A DNA stretch of 64,000 nucleotides from Candidatus Binatia bacterium (GCA_963666315.2 CAXXHG010000043.1:128001-192000); one strand, 5' to 3'. Positions 20,285 to 31,327 are shown, counted from the first letter of the stretch. Translations and numbers: made by a program. Notes: generated by a model not told the origin, from the sequence alone.

Positions 20285-20406
20285 CCATCCTCCCTGCGTC
20301 CCTTTTCAACTTAAGAGATCAGTATGCTACACTGCGCTGCCGCATTGATAAAGTAAGCATTTTTGGCAGGTACTGACCTATACTGTTCATGCTTAAAGGA
20401 GTCTTA

Positions 20407-20982
20407 ATGTCAGACGCACCCATTAGCCGCTACCCAGTGACCAAGCTCGAAGATTTACCTGACGACGTTCGTACTCGCATCACCGAGGTACAGGCAAAGG
20501 CCGGGTTTATTCCCAACGTCTTTCTTGCCCTAGCCCATCGGCCTGCTGAGTTTCGCGCTTTTTTTGACTATCACGACGCGCTCATGCTCAAAGACAGTGG
20601 CCTATCAAAAGCGGATCGTGAAATGATAGTCGTGGCAACCAGCGCAGCGAACGATTGTCATTACTGTGTGATTGCCCATGGGGCCATTCTGCGTATTTAC
20701 GCCAAGAATCCACTGATTGCCGACCAAGTTGCGGTGAATTATCGCAAAGCCGATATCACACCACGACAACGCGCAATGTTAGACTTCGCGCTCAAGATCA
20801 CCCTCCATGCTCAGGAGATTGAAGAAGCAGACCATGGCCGACTCCGGGAGCACGGTTTTAGCGACGAAGATATCTGGGATATCGGCGCGATTAGCGCGTT
20901 CTTTGCCCTCTCCAATCGGATGGCACATCTCACCGATATGCGGCCGAACGATGAGTTTTATACCATGGGCCGGGGACGCTAG
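20407..20982 (+). CDS. Peroxidase-related enzyme (AhpD/CMD family)
   Basis: GFIPNVF, REMIVVATSAANDCHYCVIAHGA, MRPNDEFY. Confidence 0.93.
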   Translation: MSDAPISRYPVTKLEDLPDDVRTRITEVQAKAGFIPNVFLALAHRPAEFRAFFDYHDALMLKDSGLSKADREMIVVATSAANDCHYCVIAHGAILRIYAKNPLIADQVAVNYRKADITPRQRAMLDFALKITLHAQEIEEADHGRLREHGFSDEDIWDIGAISAFFALSNRMAHLTDMRPNDEFYTMGRGR

Positions 20983-20988
20983 GGCCAG

Positions 20989-21864
20989 CTATACTGCCGG
21001 TACTTGGGCTTTCACGTCAGCCAAAAAATCGAGCACGGCTTTGCTGAAGATGTCATTCTTATCTCCTGCAACCATATGCCCGGCGTCAGACACATCAACA
21101 TATTTGGCATGCGGAACAGCATCAAGAAATTCCTGCGTGGTTTCATCGCTAATGACGTCACTCAGCTTGCCACGGATAAGCAGAGTCGGGACGCGCAACG
21201 CACGGGCTGCCTTCAGCATCCGCTCGGGATCCCGTCTCAAGCGGGCAGGGTTCAGCATGTTCGGGTCCCAATGCCAGCGGTAGCGGCCATCCTCTCCTTT
21301 GCGCAGGTTTTTTTCCAGCCCGCTCAAATCCTTGGGGCGGGGACGGTGTGGAATGTATTCGGCAATCGTGTCCGCGACTTCTTCGAGGCTAGCAAAGCCG
21401 TCAGGCCGGGCCGTCATAAAGGCGCGTATGCGATCGACGCCCTTCTGTTCAACCCGCGGCGTAATATCCACCAAGACAACACCGGCGCTGATCGGCTCAG
21501 GAGACTCACCCTCAGTGAGTAAGGACGTCATGCCGCCGAGCGAGGCACCGACGAGTACCGGTCGTTGGTCGAAATGGCTCAATATCGTGTGTAGATCGGC
21601 AACATATTTATCGATATGGTAATCCCCATCCGGGGCCCAGTTACTCTCTCCGTACCCACGTAGATCGAGGGACACCGCATACCAGCCCTGCTCGGCCAGA
21701 GTCTGTGCGGTGTTACCCCAGGCATGCCGGGTTTGTCCGCCGCCGTGCAGGAGCAGGGCCGGCACATTCGTTTTGTCTCCCCAGGCGTCTCCAACAATAG
21801 AGAGTCCCTCTTCGACGTCATACGTAACTCGTTGTGCTGAAAAGATGGCTGGCTGTGCTGTCAT
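20989..21864 (-). CDS. Alpha/beta hydrolase
   Basis: HGGGQTRHAW, GASLGG, WHWDP, AGHMVAGD. Confidence 0.92.
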   Translation of the reverse strand: MTAQPAIFSAQRVTYDVEEGLSIVGDAWGDKTNVPALLLHGGGQTRHAWGNTAQTLAEQGWYAVSLDLRGYGESNWAPDGDYHIDKYVADLHTILSHFDQRPVLVGASLGGMTSLLTEGESPEPISAGVVLVDITPRVEQKGVDRIRAFMTARPDGFASLEEVADTIAEYIPHRPRPKDLSGLEKNLRKGEDGRYRWHWDPNMLNPARLRRDPERMLKAARALRVPTLLIRGKLSDVISDETTQEFLDAVPHAKYVDVSDAGHMVAGDKNDIFSKAVLDFLADVKAQVPAV

Positions 21865-21994
21865 ACGTTTACTCCTGAATGCGTTCGCTATTGGTAACGC
21901 TTCATTGTCACACGGATCTTGCGCTTACGTCTTCTCCGTCTCTTACTGAGCTATCAGCTTTCCGGTATCCGCAGGCTCGTATGAGAGTCCCACG

Positions 21995-22025
21995 TCACGA
22001 TGAAACCAATCACGATGAAACCAAT
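21995..22025 (+). repeat. Perfect 15-bp tandem duplication
   Basis: TCACGATGAAACCAA x2. Confidence 0.9.
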
Positions 22026-22174
22026 AAAGAGGGGAATGCGACGAAAGGTATGAACCGAGAAACAGGGGAGAGCTTACCATCCCGTCAGAACCGAGACAAG
22101 GCGACTACCTCAGACTGGAACAGGCCAAGACTATGCATATTATGGAAGAAACGAGAAACTGACCCACCCTGAGT

Positions 22175-24036
22175 CTAACTGCTCTGGGATGTCTCTCGAT
22201 GACACGGCAACCAGATACGAAAAGTCGTCCCGTGTCCCACTTCGCTTTCGACTGTGACTGTCCCGCCAAGAAGGGTCACAAATCGTTTCACGATGTTGAG
22301 ACCCAGACCCGATCCTTTGAGGAGGCCGTTTGCCGAGTTATCGACTTGTTGAAAGGGTTCAAAGATGCGGGCCAGTTCGTCTGACGGAATCCCGATCCCA
22401 GTTTTGACCACGCTGATTTCGATGCCACCTTGCTGAGAGCGTACGACGACGCTCACACTCCCGTTTTGGGTAAATTTGACTGCATTTCCAATCAGACTTT
22501 TGACTATGACTTTGAGTTTGCGCAGATCCGTCTGCATGGGGGGCAGGTTTGAGTCTACGCTCCAGACAAACGAGAGCGAAGATTGATCTTGCAGCCCCTG
22601 AGTTTCAGCTTGGATCTCTGAGATAAGCGTACGAATTTCGACGGCCTGACAGTGCACGGGTAGCTGACCTGCTTCAAGGCGATTCAGATCGAGTAACGCC
22701 GTAATAAGATCGAGCAAATCTGTCGCACTTTTCCGAATGCGCTGCAGCCCCGTCCGCTGCTCAGCGTCTAGATTGCCGTTCTCGTCATCTTCCAGCAGGT
22801 CGCTATAACCAAGAATTACCGTAAGCGGAGTGCGAAGTTCATGCGACATGGTGGACAGAAATTCCGGCTTTGCGCGGGCGGCTTCTTCCGCCGCCTCCTT
22901 CGCATGCAGGAGTTCTCGTTCTGCCTTTTGCGCTCTGTCACGTCCCGATAGATGCCCTGAAAACCAGTCTGTCGTCCGCTGCTGTCACGGATAAACCGCG
23001 TGCGCCCTTCCGTCGTTAAAACGCTGCCATCTTGACACACCCATTCGACTTCGAAAATCGACGGGACCTTCTCCCCCGTCAGTATCCGTTGATGGTCGGC
23101 TTCCGCCTCCCGAGCAGCCTCGGGTGTCAGCCAGGTGCGATAATGCGTGCCACACATCTCTTCACGCGACCGGCCCAACATCAATTCGAGACTCCGGTTC
23201 ACGGTGAGTACTGTTCCGTCTAAGGCAAAGGTAGCGATACCGTCGCTGGTATTTTCAAATAGCTCCCGATAGCGCATCTCCGATTCATGCACGGCGTCCT
23301 CAGCCCGTTTTCTCTCGGTGAGATCAACCCCATAGGCACGCACGAGCCGCATTTCCGGCAAGGGGGAAAAAGACGAGGCATAACACCAGCGTCCATTATC
23401 GACATCAACCCCCTGCACGGTGAGCTGCGTCTGCAGACACTCCTGAATAAGAGACATGAGATTAGCCGGAAGAATGGTGGGAAACGCAGTGTCTGAGAAT
23501 CCCACCTGTACGAGGAGATCCCTCATCGCGGGATTAGCGTAGACCATATTGGCATAGCTATCGAATTCGACGATGGGTCCGGGGCTCTCTTCCGGAATAG
23601 AAATGAGCCGCTGCCGCTCCCGCTCAAGTTCAAGCTGACGGCTGACATCTCGAAAAGAGATCAGCACTCCGCTGACCGACTCTTCGAGCAGCGGGATGCA
23701 TTCGCATTCAACAGGCTGTCGTCGTCCTCCCTGCACCTGAAGGAAGGTGAGTGTCGGGCGGACGGACCGTCCAGTTTGGAGTACGTAGTTGACTGGGCAG
23801 CCGACTTGGCTGCATGCATCTACTTCCTGGCTGGCGGCGTCTGCTTCAATATGGCACTGGGTACGCCGAAAAGACTGTCCATGACAATCGTCCCCCCGCT
23901 GTCCAATCAACTTTTCCCCTGCAGGGTTGATAAAGAGGATCTGCCCGTTGGTATCAACGCAACACACGCCAAACGGAATCGCACGGACAAGCGCCTGGAG
24001 ATAGTCCGAACGCATGTCCGGTGCATCCGTCCTCAA
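22175..24036 (-). pseudogene. Multi-PAS sensor histidine kinase, frameshifted
   Basis: PAS repeats (INPAGE, DVTERK) then a shift near 22925 into AKEAAEEAARAKPEFLSTMSHELRTPL; G1 box degenerate (KTGIG). Confidence 0.85.
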
Positions 24037-24087
24037 GGTGTGTCAAAACAAGGAGTCTGGAAGGCCATGCAGCTAGTACCCTTCGGC

Positions 24088-25446
24088 TTAGCTGCCAACG
24101 ATGTCCATATTCTCGGTAGTCGGGTTGAGGACATTCCGAACCGTCCGCGGCTCATCCCCACTTTCATCCACAAGGTCAATAATCACTACCTCAGAAAGGG
24201 ACTGTCGGGCTCGATCAGTGACGAGTTTGACTGTAGGTTTGAGCGCATCTGTTGGGTTCGTAGCGATCACCACCCCACGCTCTCCGGTATTCAGCTCAAC
24301 AAGCGCACCAACCGGATACAGACCCAGAAAACGGATCAGCAGGCTGACCTGTATGGCGTCAAAGGCACCACACAACCCCATCTGGTAGAGTTCCCGTAGA
24401 GCCTGCGTTGACAACGGCGGAGGAAACTCACCATTCCCCTGCAGCATGGCATCATAGGTATCTGTCATGCCCACAATCTGGCTGAGCGTCGAGATCGTCT
24501 CGCCCTGGAGCCCGTAGGGATACCCGGATCCATCAGGTCGTTCATGATGCTCAATGACCACTCGACATACGTCTTCAGACACGCCGGAGCTGCGTAGCAT
24601 AACCGCTCCAAGTTCGGGATGTTTCTGCATCAACTTGCGTTCTTGGGGCGTGTACAGACCGCTTTTGCGTCAAATATTACGTGGCAAACGAATTTGTCCC
24701 ACATCATGCAGATAAGCACCTGTGGCCAAAGTTTGGAGGAGCTCGGAGACCAACTCTTGCCCCTTGCCCATAACGAGGGACAAGACGCACACATTCACCG
24801 TATGGGTAAACAACTCCGCATCGAACTGGCGAATCTGGACGAGAAATAACGACGCTTCCGGGCAACGCCACACACTGTCCATCAAGCCGTGTACCGCCGC
24901 CTTGATGCGGGCATCATTAATGCGGGCTCCGGTCCCCACCCCGTCAAAAACACTTTGCGCCGTTTTGAGGGCTTCTTTCCGAACGTTCTGCGCGTTTGCA
25001 AGTTCATTGTTGAGAGCGTTCAAAGCCGCCGGCCCTCTGCATTTGGTTGGCGCGGGTTCGGCATCCTCTTCAACTGCCATGGGCTTTTGCTCAGCCGCCT
25101 CAACCCTGACCGGTCGAGCCAGGTCCACACTAGGAGCTTCTTCGGAGACAACGCCAGGTTCTTGCAGAGATTCTTGCAGAGCCCTTGCCACTGGAAGAAC
25201 CGGCGGTGTAGACACAGCTTCGCTTGCACAGTCCTTGCCCGGTTCAGGAGCAATCGCGACCTGGCGGATGCCGGCCTGGCGTAATATATCGATATCATCT
25301 TCCCCGCAAATCCAACGCTTGTGGAAGAGAAATGGTGTCTTGAACCATGACTGATCTACTCCGACAAGGAACATGCCGGCGGTCAGCTGATCGATGTGAA
25401 TCTGCTTACGCATAACTTCCCCCGTTTGCCTCTCGCTCAGGAACAC
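24088..25446 (-). pseudogene. HD-GYP c-di-GMP phosphodiesterase with nonsense codon
   Basis: LHDVG, in-frame TGA at 24670-24672, then HHERPDGSGYPYG; both ORFs in the same frame. Confidence 0.85.
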
Positions 25447-25583
25447 GCAGAGAGACCCCTGCTCCCTATAGTCAGTAATCGCAGGAAAGTGCGGTTTGTT
25501 TATTTTTTATTGTATTGTCTGAAACTTGCGGGAACTTGCCTTCCTTCAGGAAGATTCGTACACAACAGGCAGAGGAGGAAAAC

Positions 25584-27062
25584 ATGATTGCAGATGAGAG
25601 AGGCCAAATAAGCGACAGAGACGAGATATGCTGGATGTCGGCAATAGATCTGGCGAGAGCGATTCGGCGAAAACAGGTGTCCCCAGTTGAAGTGACACGA
25701 GCCGTGCTCAATCGTATTGAGCGGCTTAACTCACAGCTCAATGCCTTTGTCACACTCACCCCACACGCTGCTATGCGAGAGGCACGGAGAGCAGAGCAGG
25801 TCCTCATGCAGCGGTCCGCCTCGATTGGCCCACTACACGGTGTTCCCTTCTCAACGAAGGATTTGGTCACGACCAAGGGCATTCGGACAACGTTTGGGTC
25901 GCCGCTCTTCGCGGACAATATTCCGACCGAAGATGCGCCCATGGTGGCTCGCCTACGGGCAGCAGGGGCGATTCAGCTTGGGAAAACGAATACGCCGACT
26001 TTCGGCTGGCTCGGAGTGACGCACAATCTCCTATTTGGCTCCACCCGGAATCCGTGGAATCCGGATCGTACCCCGGGCGGCTCAAGCGGCGGTGCCGGGG
26101 CTGCGGTTGCAGCCGGGATGGGGCCGCTGGCCATAGGCACGGACGGCGGAGGCTCTATCCGTATCCCTGCTTCCTTCAGCGGTGTGTACGGCATCAAACC
26201 CTCTTTTGGCCGAATTCCCGTCTACCCACCGAGTGGAGCCTGGAGCCTGTCTCACGTTGGGCCGATGACGCGCACCGTGGCAGACGCGGCACTCATGCTC
26301 AACGTCAGTGCCGGACCGGACGGGCGAGACCAATATTCGCTGCCGGCCGAAAAAACCAATTATGTCAAAGCGCTCAAGGTATCGCTCAAAGACTGGCGCG
26401 TAGCGTGGTGTGCCGACCTAGGCTTTACCAAGGCTATAGATCCTGAGATCAAAGCCATCTGCGCCACAGCAGCCCGACGCTTTCGGGAGTTCGGCTGTCG
26501 AGTTGAAACGGTCAAGCCCAACTGGCCAAATCCGCAAAAGGCATGGGAAGGGATTTTTTGTGGTGGGATTGCAGCCCGGTTAGCCCCGGCTCTCAAAACA
26601 CGCCGGTCGGTTATTGATCCGGGCCTGATCACACTGATTGAAAAGACCCAAAAGTGGAAACAACAGCACTACATCAACGCATGGTTGGAGCGGCTGGACT
26701 GGAATGCTGCTGTTCAGCGCTTGTTTGAGAAGTATACGCTGCTCATTACTCCAACCCTACCCTGCCGTCCGTTTGCGGTCGGGCTCGATAATCCCAGGTC
26801 GATCAACGGCACACGGCTTGCCCCGTATGAGTGGCTGACGTTTACGTTTCCGTTTAATATGACAGGCAATCCAGCGGCTTCTATTCCGTGTGGTTTTACC
26901 ACCGACGGGCTGCCGGTTGGACTCCAGATTGTCGGCCGTCGTTTTGACGATGTGAGTGTGCTGCAAGCCTCAGCAGCTTTTGAGCAGGCGGCTCCGTGGG
27001 CGGATAACAGGCCGTCGGTGGGTACTGTCAAGTTACCAGGGCAGAGCGCAAAACTCACGTAG
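25584..27062 (+). CDS. Amidase signature family protein; last residues encoded by the IS6 end
   Basis: GAGGAGG RBS; STKDL, PGGSSGG, GTDGGGSIRIP. Confidence 0.92.
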   Translation: MIADERGQISDRDEICWMSAIDLARAIRRKQVSPVEVTRAVLNRIERLNSQLNAFVTLTPHAAMREARRAEQVLMQRSASIGPLHGVPFSTKDLVTTKGIRTTFGSPLFADNIPTEDAPMVARLRAAGAIQLGKTNTPTFGWLGVTHNLLFGSTRNPWNPDRTPGGSSGGAGAAVAAGMGPLAIGTDGGGSIRIPASFSGVYGIKPSFGRIPVYPPSGAWSLSHVGPMTRTVADAALMLNVSAGPDGRDQYSLPAEKTNYVKALKVSLKDWRVAWCADLGFTKAIDPEIKAICATAARRFREFGCRVETVKPNWPNPQKAWEGIFCGGIAARLAPALKTRRSVIDPGLITLIEKTQKWKQQHYINAWLERLDWNAAVQRLFEKYTLLITPTLPCRPFAVGLDNPRSINGTRLAPYEWLTFTFPFNMTGNPAASIPCGFTTDGLPVGLQIVGRRFDDVSVLQASAAFEQAAPWADNRPSVGTVKLPGQSAKLT

Positions 27063-27858
27063 TGTGAGGTGGGATGAGGGTCGCCCTTACGCGGCCTCCA
27101 GACACGTTGTCACGTCGCGCCACGTCGCGAAAGCTCGATCCCGACACAGCCGATAATGGACCGCCCGCATCAGGTGGCGTCCAAGCCGAAAGAGATTATT
27201 GAGAGGTCCGTGGACGGAGAGAAACCGTTGGACGTGGCGTGGAGATTTAAATCGGCGCATCTGTCGTTCCCGCTGCCGGGTGGGTTGGTGTGAGACTTCG
27301 GCGCGGTTGTTGACGTACGGCCTTGTGCAGTGAGTCACCGACGGCATAATATCTCGGTGGGCTGCCCCATAGCTGCGCAGCTGGTCGGTGACCAACTGAT
27401 TTGGTACGTACTGTAACCCCCTCAACAACTTGCGGAAGAAGCGCTTGGCTGCCCCGGTATTCCGGCGTTTTTGCACGAGAATATCTAACACCTGCCCATC
27501 TTGATCCACGGCTCGCCACAAGTAGTACCGCGCTCCGCCTATCGTGATAAACATCTCATCGAGATACCGTGTATCGCCTGGTTGACCCGTCGATGGCGCA
27601 GCTTCTTGGCGAACGCCTGCCGAAACTTGAGACACCATAGGCGTACGGCCTCGTAGCTGACGATGACGCCACGCTCAGCCAACATCTCCTCGACATCCCG
27701 GAAACTCAGACTGAAGCGTGATACAGCCAGACCGCATGGCTGATGATCTCTGGGGGAAAGCGATGCTTTCGATACAGACTTATGGTACGAGAACTCATGC
27801 TCCAGTTACGGCATACGAAGCCGCCTTCTGGCAAGTCCCTCGATAACTTGACAGTACC
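27021..27858 (-). mobile_element. IS6 family insertion sequence
   Basis: Perfect 15-bp terminal inverted repeats GGTACTGTCAAGTTA (27021-27035) and TAACTTGACAGTACC (27844-27858). Confidence 0.92.
27087..27798 (-). pseudogene. IS6 transposase, frameshifted
   Basis: YRKHRFPPEIISHAVWLY... shift near 27590 ...YLDEMF, YLWRAVDQDG, VTDQLRSY, NNRAEVSH. Confidence 0.9.
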
Positions 27859-28925
27859 GCCGGACGTATTCGATCGTCTACCCTGTTGCTACGAAGCAAA
27901 AATGGGAGGTCATTGGCACCAGTAAGCGAGCTGCAGAGAAAGCGCTTGCGGCCAGGCTTGCAGAACTTAATCTCGGCCCCTACCGAGACCTCAAGAAGAC
28001 CACGTTTTCAGACTTCGCTCATAAGTGGCTCACGACATACGCAGAAGTCAAAGTGAAGCCGGGTACGCTAGATCATTATCAGCGCCTCGTTCGCGTTCAC
28101 CTCACCCCGTACTTTGGCGACGCCCTGCTCCAGGACATTACACCAGACCAAGTGCAAGGCTTCGTCTCCAAGAAGGTGGCTGAGGGGAAACTCACACCGA
28201 AGACCATCAACAATAGTCTCGTCCCCTCAAGACTATGTTCAAACATGCAGTGCGCTGGGGCTATTTGCGTGAGAGTCCGGCTCTCTACGTGGAGAAGCCT
28301 CGCGCGGACCGGAAGGAAATGGATTTTCTCGTACCAGAAGAAATCCGAAGCCTATTAGAGCATGTCCGCCCCCAGTTCCACGCGCTCTTCCTTAGTGCGG
28401 TGTTGACTGGCATGCGTCGAGGGGAGCTGCTGGGCCTGCAATGGGGCGATATCGACTGGAACGGAGATCAGATTTATATTCGCCGCTCATTGTACTTTGA
28501 AGCGCACAGAAAGGGAAAAGAAAAACGATGGCGTTTCATCACACCCAAGTCGAAGAACTCAATCCGGGCAATCAATATGAGTCCGACCCTCGCCCTGGCA
28601 CTGAAGAAGTACAGACTTGCGCATGCAGCCGGGTCATTTGACCTCGTTTTTTCCCACGTGGATGGCCGTCCACGAGAGCCTGGCAATCTTGTAAAGCGCG
28701 AATACCTCCCGGCCCTCAGGCGTGCAGGCTTGCGACGGATCACCTTTCACTCGTTACGCCACAGCTTCACCGCCCTGTTGATAGCGCAAGGCGAAAACAT
28801 CAAATACATCCAGAGCCAGCTTGGGCATGCCTCAGTCCAGACCACACTAGACCGCTACGGGCACCTCCTGCCGGCGACGCATAAAGACGCAGCGAAACGT
28901 CTCGATGCGACGCTCTTTGGAAATT

Positions 28926-28947
28926 CCGTTAGCAAACCGTTAGCAAA
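28926..28947 (+). repeat. 11-bp tandem repeat, candidate integrase arm-type sites
   Basis: CCGTTAGCAAA x2, about 70 bp from the tRNA 3' end. Confidence 0.6.
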
Positions 28948-28978
28948 TGACTCGGTAGTTGGCGTGACTCATAAAGGC

Positions 28979-29013
28979 GAAAGCCCCGAAGTTATTGAAC
29001 TTACGGGGCTTTC
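28979..29013 (-). terminator. Hairpin immediately downstream of the tRNA
   Basis: GAAAGCCCCG...CGGGGCTTTC 10-bp perfect stem. Confidence 0.6.
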
Positions 29014-29016
29014 ATA

Positions 29017-29092
29017 GGTTGCGGGGCTAGGATTTGAACCTAGGGCCTCGAGGTTATGAGCCTCGCGAGCTACCGGACTGCTCCACCCCGCG
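29017..29092 (-). tRNA. Initiator tRNA-Met (CAT)
   Basis: CGCGGGGTGGAGCAGTCCGGTAGCTCGCGAGGCTCATAACCTCGAGGCCCTAGGTTCAAATCCTAGCCCCGCAACC; C1:A72 mismatch, CAT anticodon. Confidence 0.95.
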
Positions 29093-29179
29093 CAGGACGA
29101 AAAACGCAGCTTACGCTGCGCCTAGTAGATGTACCCACCTCGGGTCATGAAGTCAAGGCCAGACGGGCAGTTAAGGGCA

Positions 29180-29935
29180 TTACGACCGGGATTGAACGGG
29201 ATTTTCAACCAGACGCTTGAGCAGTTGGATCTCGTGCGGTGTAAGAGACCGGTAGCCACCAACCGGTACGTCTAAACTGAGCGGCCCGTATTGGACCCGC
29301 ACTAGTTTTTCTACCCGATAGCCTAAGGCTTCACACATCCGCCGTACCTCGCGGTTGCGTCCTTCACGTAAGACCATTTCCAGCCAAGTTTTTTTTGCCG
29401 AGGTGCGCAGAATGCGTACTTCGGCAGGTGCGGACAGCGTTCCGTCATCCATGCGCGCACCATGGCGCAAGATGCTCAGGGCCTTTCTCGCTACGACCCC
29501 GCCGAGCTTAGCTTGGTACGTCCGAGGCACCTGAAAGCGCGGATGCAGCAGGCGTTCGGTCAACGCACCATCATTGGTCAGCAGCAGGAGTCCGGACGAA
29601 TCGTAGTCCAGCCGCCCAACCGGAAACACACGTTCTCGAACATCAGTCAGAAGGTCACGGACTGTCGGTCGGCCTTCCGGATCTTTCAGCGTACTGACAA
29701 CGCTGGGCGGTTTGTGGAGGAGAAAATACTGCCAGCCGGCGGGTAACTCAACCAGTTGACCGTCAACTTCAATTTGGTCCTGTCGCGGGTCCGCCGTTGT
29801 CCCCAGCCGCGTGACCGTTTGTCCATTCACGCGCACCCGACCCGCCTGGATCAGCTTCTCCGCTGCTCGCCGCGAGCTGATCCCGGCTTGACTCAAAATC
29901 TTCTGCAGCCGTTGGGTCTGGGATGTCTTCTGCAT
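29180..29935 (-). CDS. rluB: rRNA pseudouridine synthase (RluB/RsuA family)
   Basis: RLQKIL...SRRAAE S4 domain, VGRLDYDSSG, EGRNREVRRM; follows scpAB. Confidence 0.9.
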   Translation of the reverse strand: MQKTSQTQRLQKILSQAGISSRRAAEKLIQAGRVRVNGQTVTRLGTTADPRQDQIEVDGQLVELPAGWQYFLLHKPPSVVSTLKDPEGRPTVRDLLTDVRERVFPVGRLDYDSSGLLLLTNDGALTERLLHPRFQVPRTYQAKLGGVVARKALSILRHGARMDDGTLSAPAEVRILRTSAKKTWLEMVLREGRNREVRRMCEALGYRVEKLVRVQYGPLSLDVPVGGYRSLTPHEIQLLKRLVENPVQSRS

Positions 29936-30464
29936 ATGGGTTGATTGTCGGTTCATGAATCTCCGGCAGAGGGGGCAAGCTTCCAATATTGTCTAAGCTG
30001 AAAATTTCGAGAAAGTGCTGACTGGTGCCGTACAGCCACGGCCGGCCGGGAACATCCTTTCGTCCCGAAACGCCAATGAGCTTTCTGGTCAGCAGCGAAT
30101 TGAGCACGCCGTCCACATCCACTCCGCGGATGGCCTCAATATCTATCTTCGTCAAAGGTTGATTATAGGCAATAATGGCCAAGGTTTCGAGCGCGGCGCG
30201 GCTGAGCTTCACCGGTTTATCTCGTCCGAGTGCTTTCACATAGTCGGCATGATCGGAAACGGTGCGGAACTGATAGCCTCCCGCCACCTCCATCAGTCGG
30301 ATGCCCCGGTATGGCGCGGCATACTCGGCGCGCAGTGCGGCTAAGGCTGCCTTGACCTCGGCCTTGGTCACACCGATCACTTCGACCATGCGGCGCAGCG
30401 GCAGTGGCACTCCGGCTGCGAATAACAGACTCTCAGCGATAGCCTTGATGGTATCTATACTCAT
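29769..30464 (-). CDS. scpB: SMC-Scp complex subunit ScpB
   Basis: ESLLFA, EVAGGYQFRT, LSRAALETLAIIAY, IRGVD, GRPWLYGT. Confidence 0.93.
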   Translation of the reverse strand: MSIDTIKAIAESLLFAAGVPLPLRRMVEVIGVTKAEVKAALAALRAEYAAPYRGIRLMEVAGGYQFRTVSDHADYVKALGRDKPVKLSRAALETLAIIAYNQPLTKIDIEAIRGVDVDGVLNSLLTRKLIGVSGRKDVPGRPWLYGTSQHFLEIFSLDNIGSLPPLPEIHEPTINPYAEDIPDPTAAEDFESSRDQLAASSGEADPGGSGAREWTNGHAAGDNGGPATGPN

Positions 30465-31255
30465 AGATGTTCGAGCGCCTCAGGTAAGGGTTCGTCTGGA
30501 CTGACGGCCAGAGAGGTCACAATGGGACCAAACATCTCGTCTTGCCCGACACGAATGATCTGGTTTCGGACAAGCTCTAAGACGGCTAGAAAGATGACAA
30601 GGACTTGGCGCCGACAGGTGCCTGGGGAAAAGAGGTCGTGGAAAAAGACTTCTCTTTTTTCTCGGAGTGTATCGAATACGGCACACAGCTGGTCACGCAA
30701 GGAGATATGTTCGAAAATGATTTGCTGCGCTTCTTCAGAATCCGTGCGCTTGATCACCTCCTGGAGGGCGTCGAGCAGATCGCCAAGAGACAGATCATAC
30801 ACCACGTCCTCTTCACCCTCTTGTCCGTCGGACAGGGGCGGACGGGCGAAAACGTCACGGTCAAGTAGATCGCGACTGATGAGGACCTGAGCGGCTTCTT
30901 TAAAGCGCTGGTATTCTAAAAGTTGTCTGGCGAGTTCGGCCTGCGGGTCTTCGCCGTCCTCTTCTTCGAGGGTTTCCTCAATCGGCAACAGCAGCCGCGA
31001 TTTGAGGTGCAGCAGGGTTGCCGCCATAACGAGATACTCGCCCGCGATATCAAGATCAAGTTGTTTGAGTAGATCAAGATACGCCAGGTACTGGTCGGTG
31101 ATAACGGCGATCGGAATGTCGGGCAGCTCCACCTCGTTCTTCTTGACAAGGTGGAGCAGCAGATCGAGCGGACCTTCAAAAACGTCGAGTTTTACGCGAT
31201 AGAACATGGAAAGGGCTTTGTGCTCGTCGCCGTTCGCCATTACCCATGCGGCCAA
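30461..31255 (-). CDS. scpA: Segregation/condensation protein A
   Basis: FEGPLDLLLHL, MAATLLHLKSR, FLAVLEL; start may be further downstream. Confidence 0.93.
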   Translation of the reverse strand: MAAWVMANGDEHKALSMFYRVKLDVFEGPLDLLLHLVKKNEVELPDIPIAVITDQYLAYLDLLKQLDLDIAGEYLVMAATLLHLKSRLLLPIEETLEEEDGEDPQAELARQLLEYQRFKEAAQVLISRDLLDRDVFARPPLSDGQEGEEDVVYDLSLGDLLDALQEVIKRTDSEEAQQIIFEHISLRDQLCAVFDTLREKREVFFHDLFSPGTCRRQVLVIFLAVLELVRNQIIRVGQDEMFGPIVTSLAVSPDEPLPEALEHL

Positions 31256-31327
31256 AGACAGTGCGTCTACACTCTGCAGTCAACCTGGCAGCCGACCTGC
31301 AAAAAGCAGACTTCTGCTTTCGCCGCC

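Larger units (their letters stand above)
27859..29017 (+). pseudogene. Tyrosine recombinase/integrase, 5'-truncated by IS6 and frameshifted
   Basis: RTYSIVY...TFSDFAHKWL...; shift near 28225; TGMRRGELLGL, HSLRH, QLGHAS, DRYGH catalytic motifs. Confidence 0.9.

Noticed and set aside
21995-22025. 15-bp repeat as a CRISPR remnant
   Set aside because: Only two abutting copies, no spacers and no cas genes; no CRISPR array seen anywhere in the window
22060-22130. GGAGAG...CCGA...CTCAG resembling a glycine riboswitch
   Set aside because: Stems are not convincing and there is no co-oriented downstream gene
24670-24672. In-frame TGA in the HD-GYP gene as selenocysteine or recoding
   Set aside because: The position is normally hydrophobic (RNI-L-RK), not Cys; other genes use TGA as stop; the neighbouring kinase is also decayed
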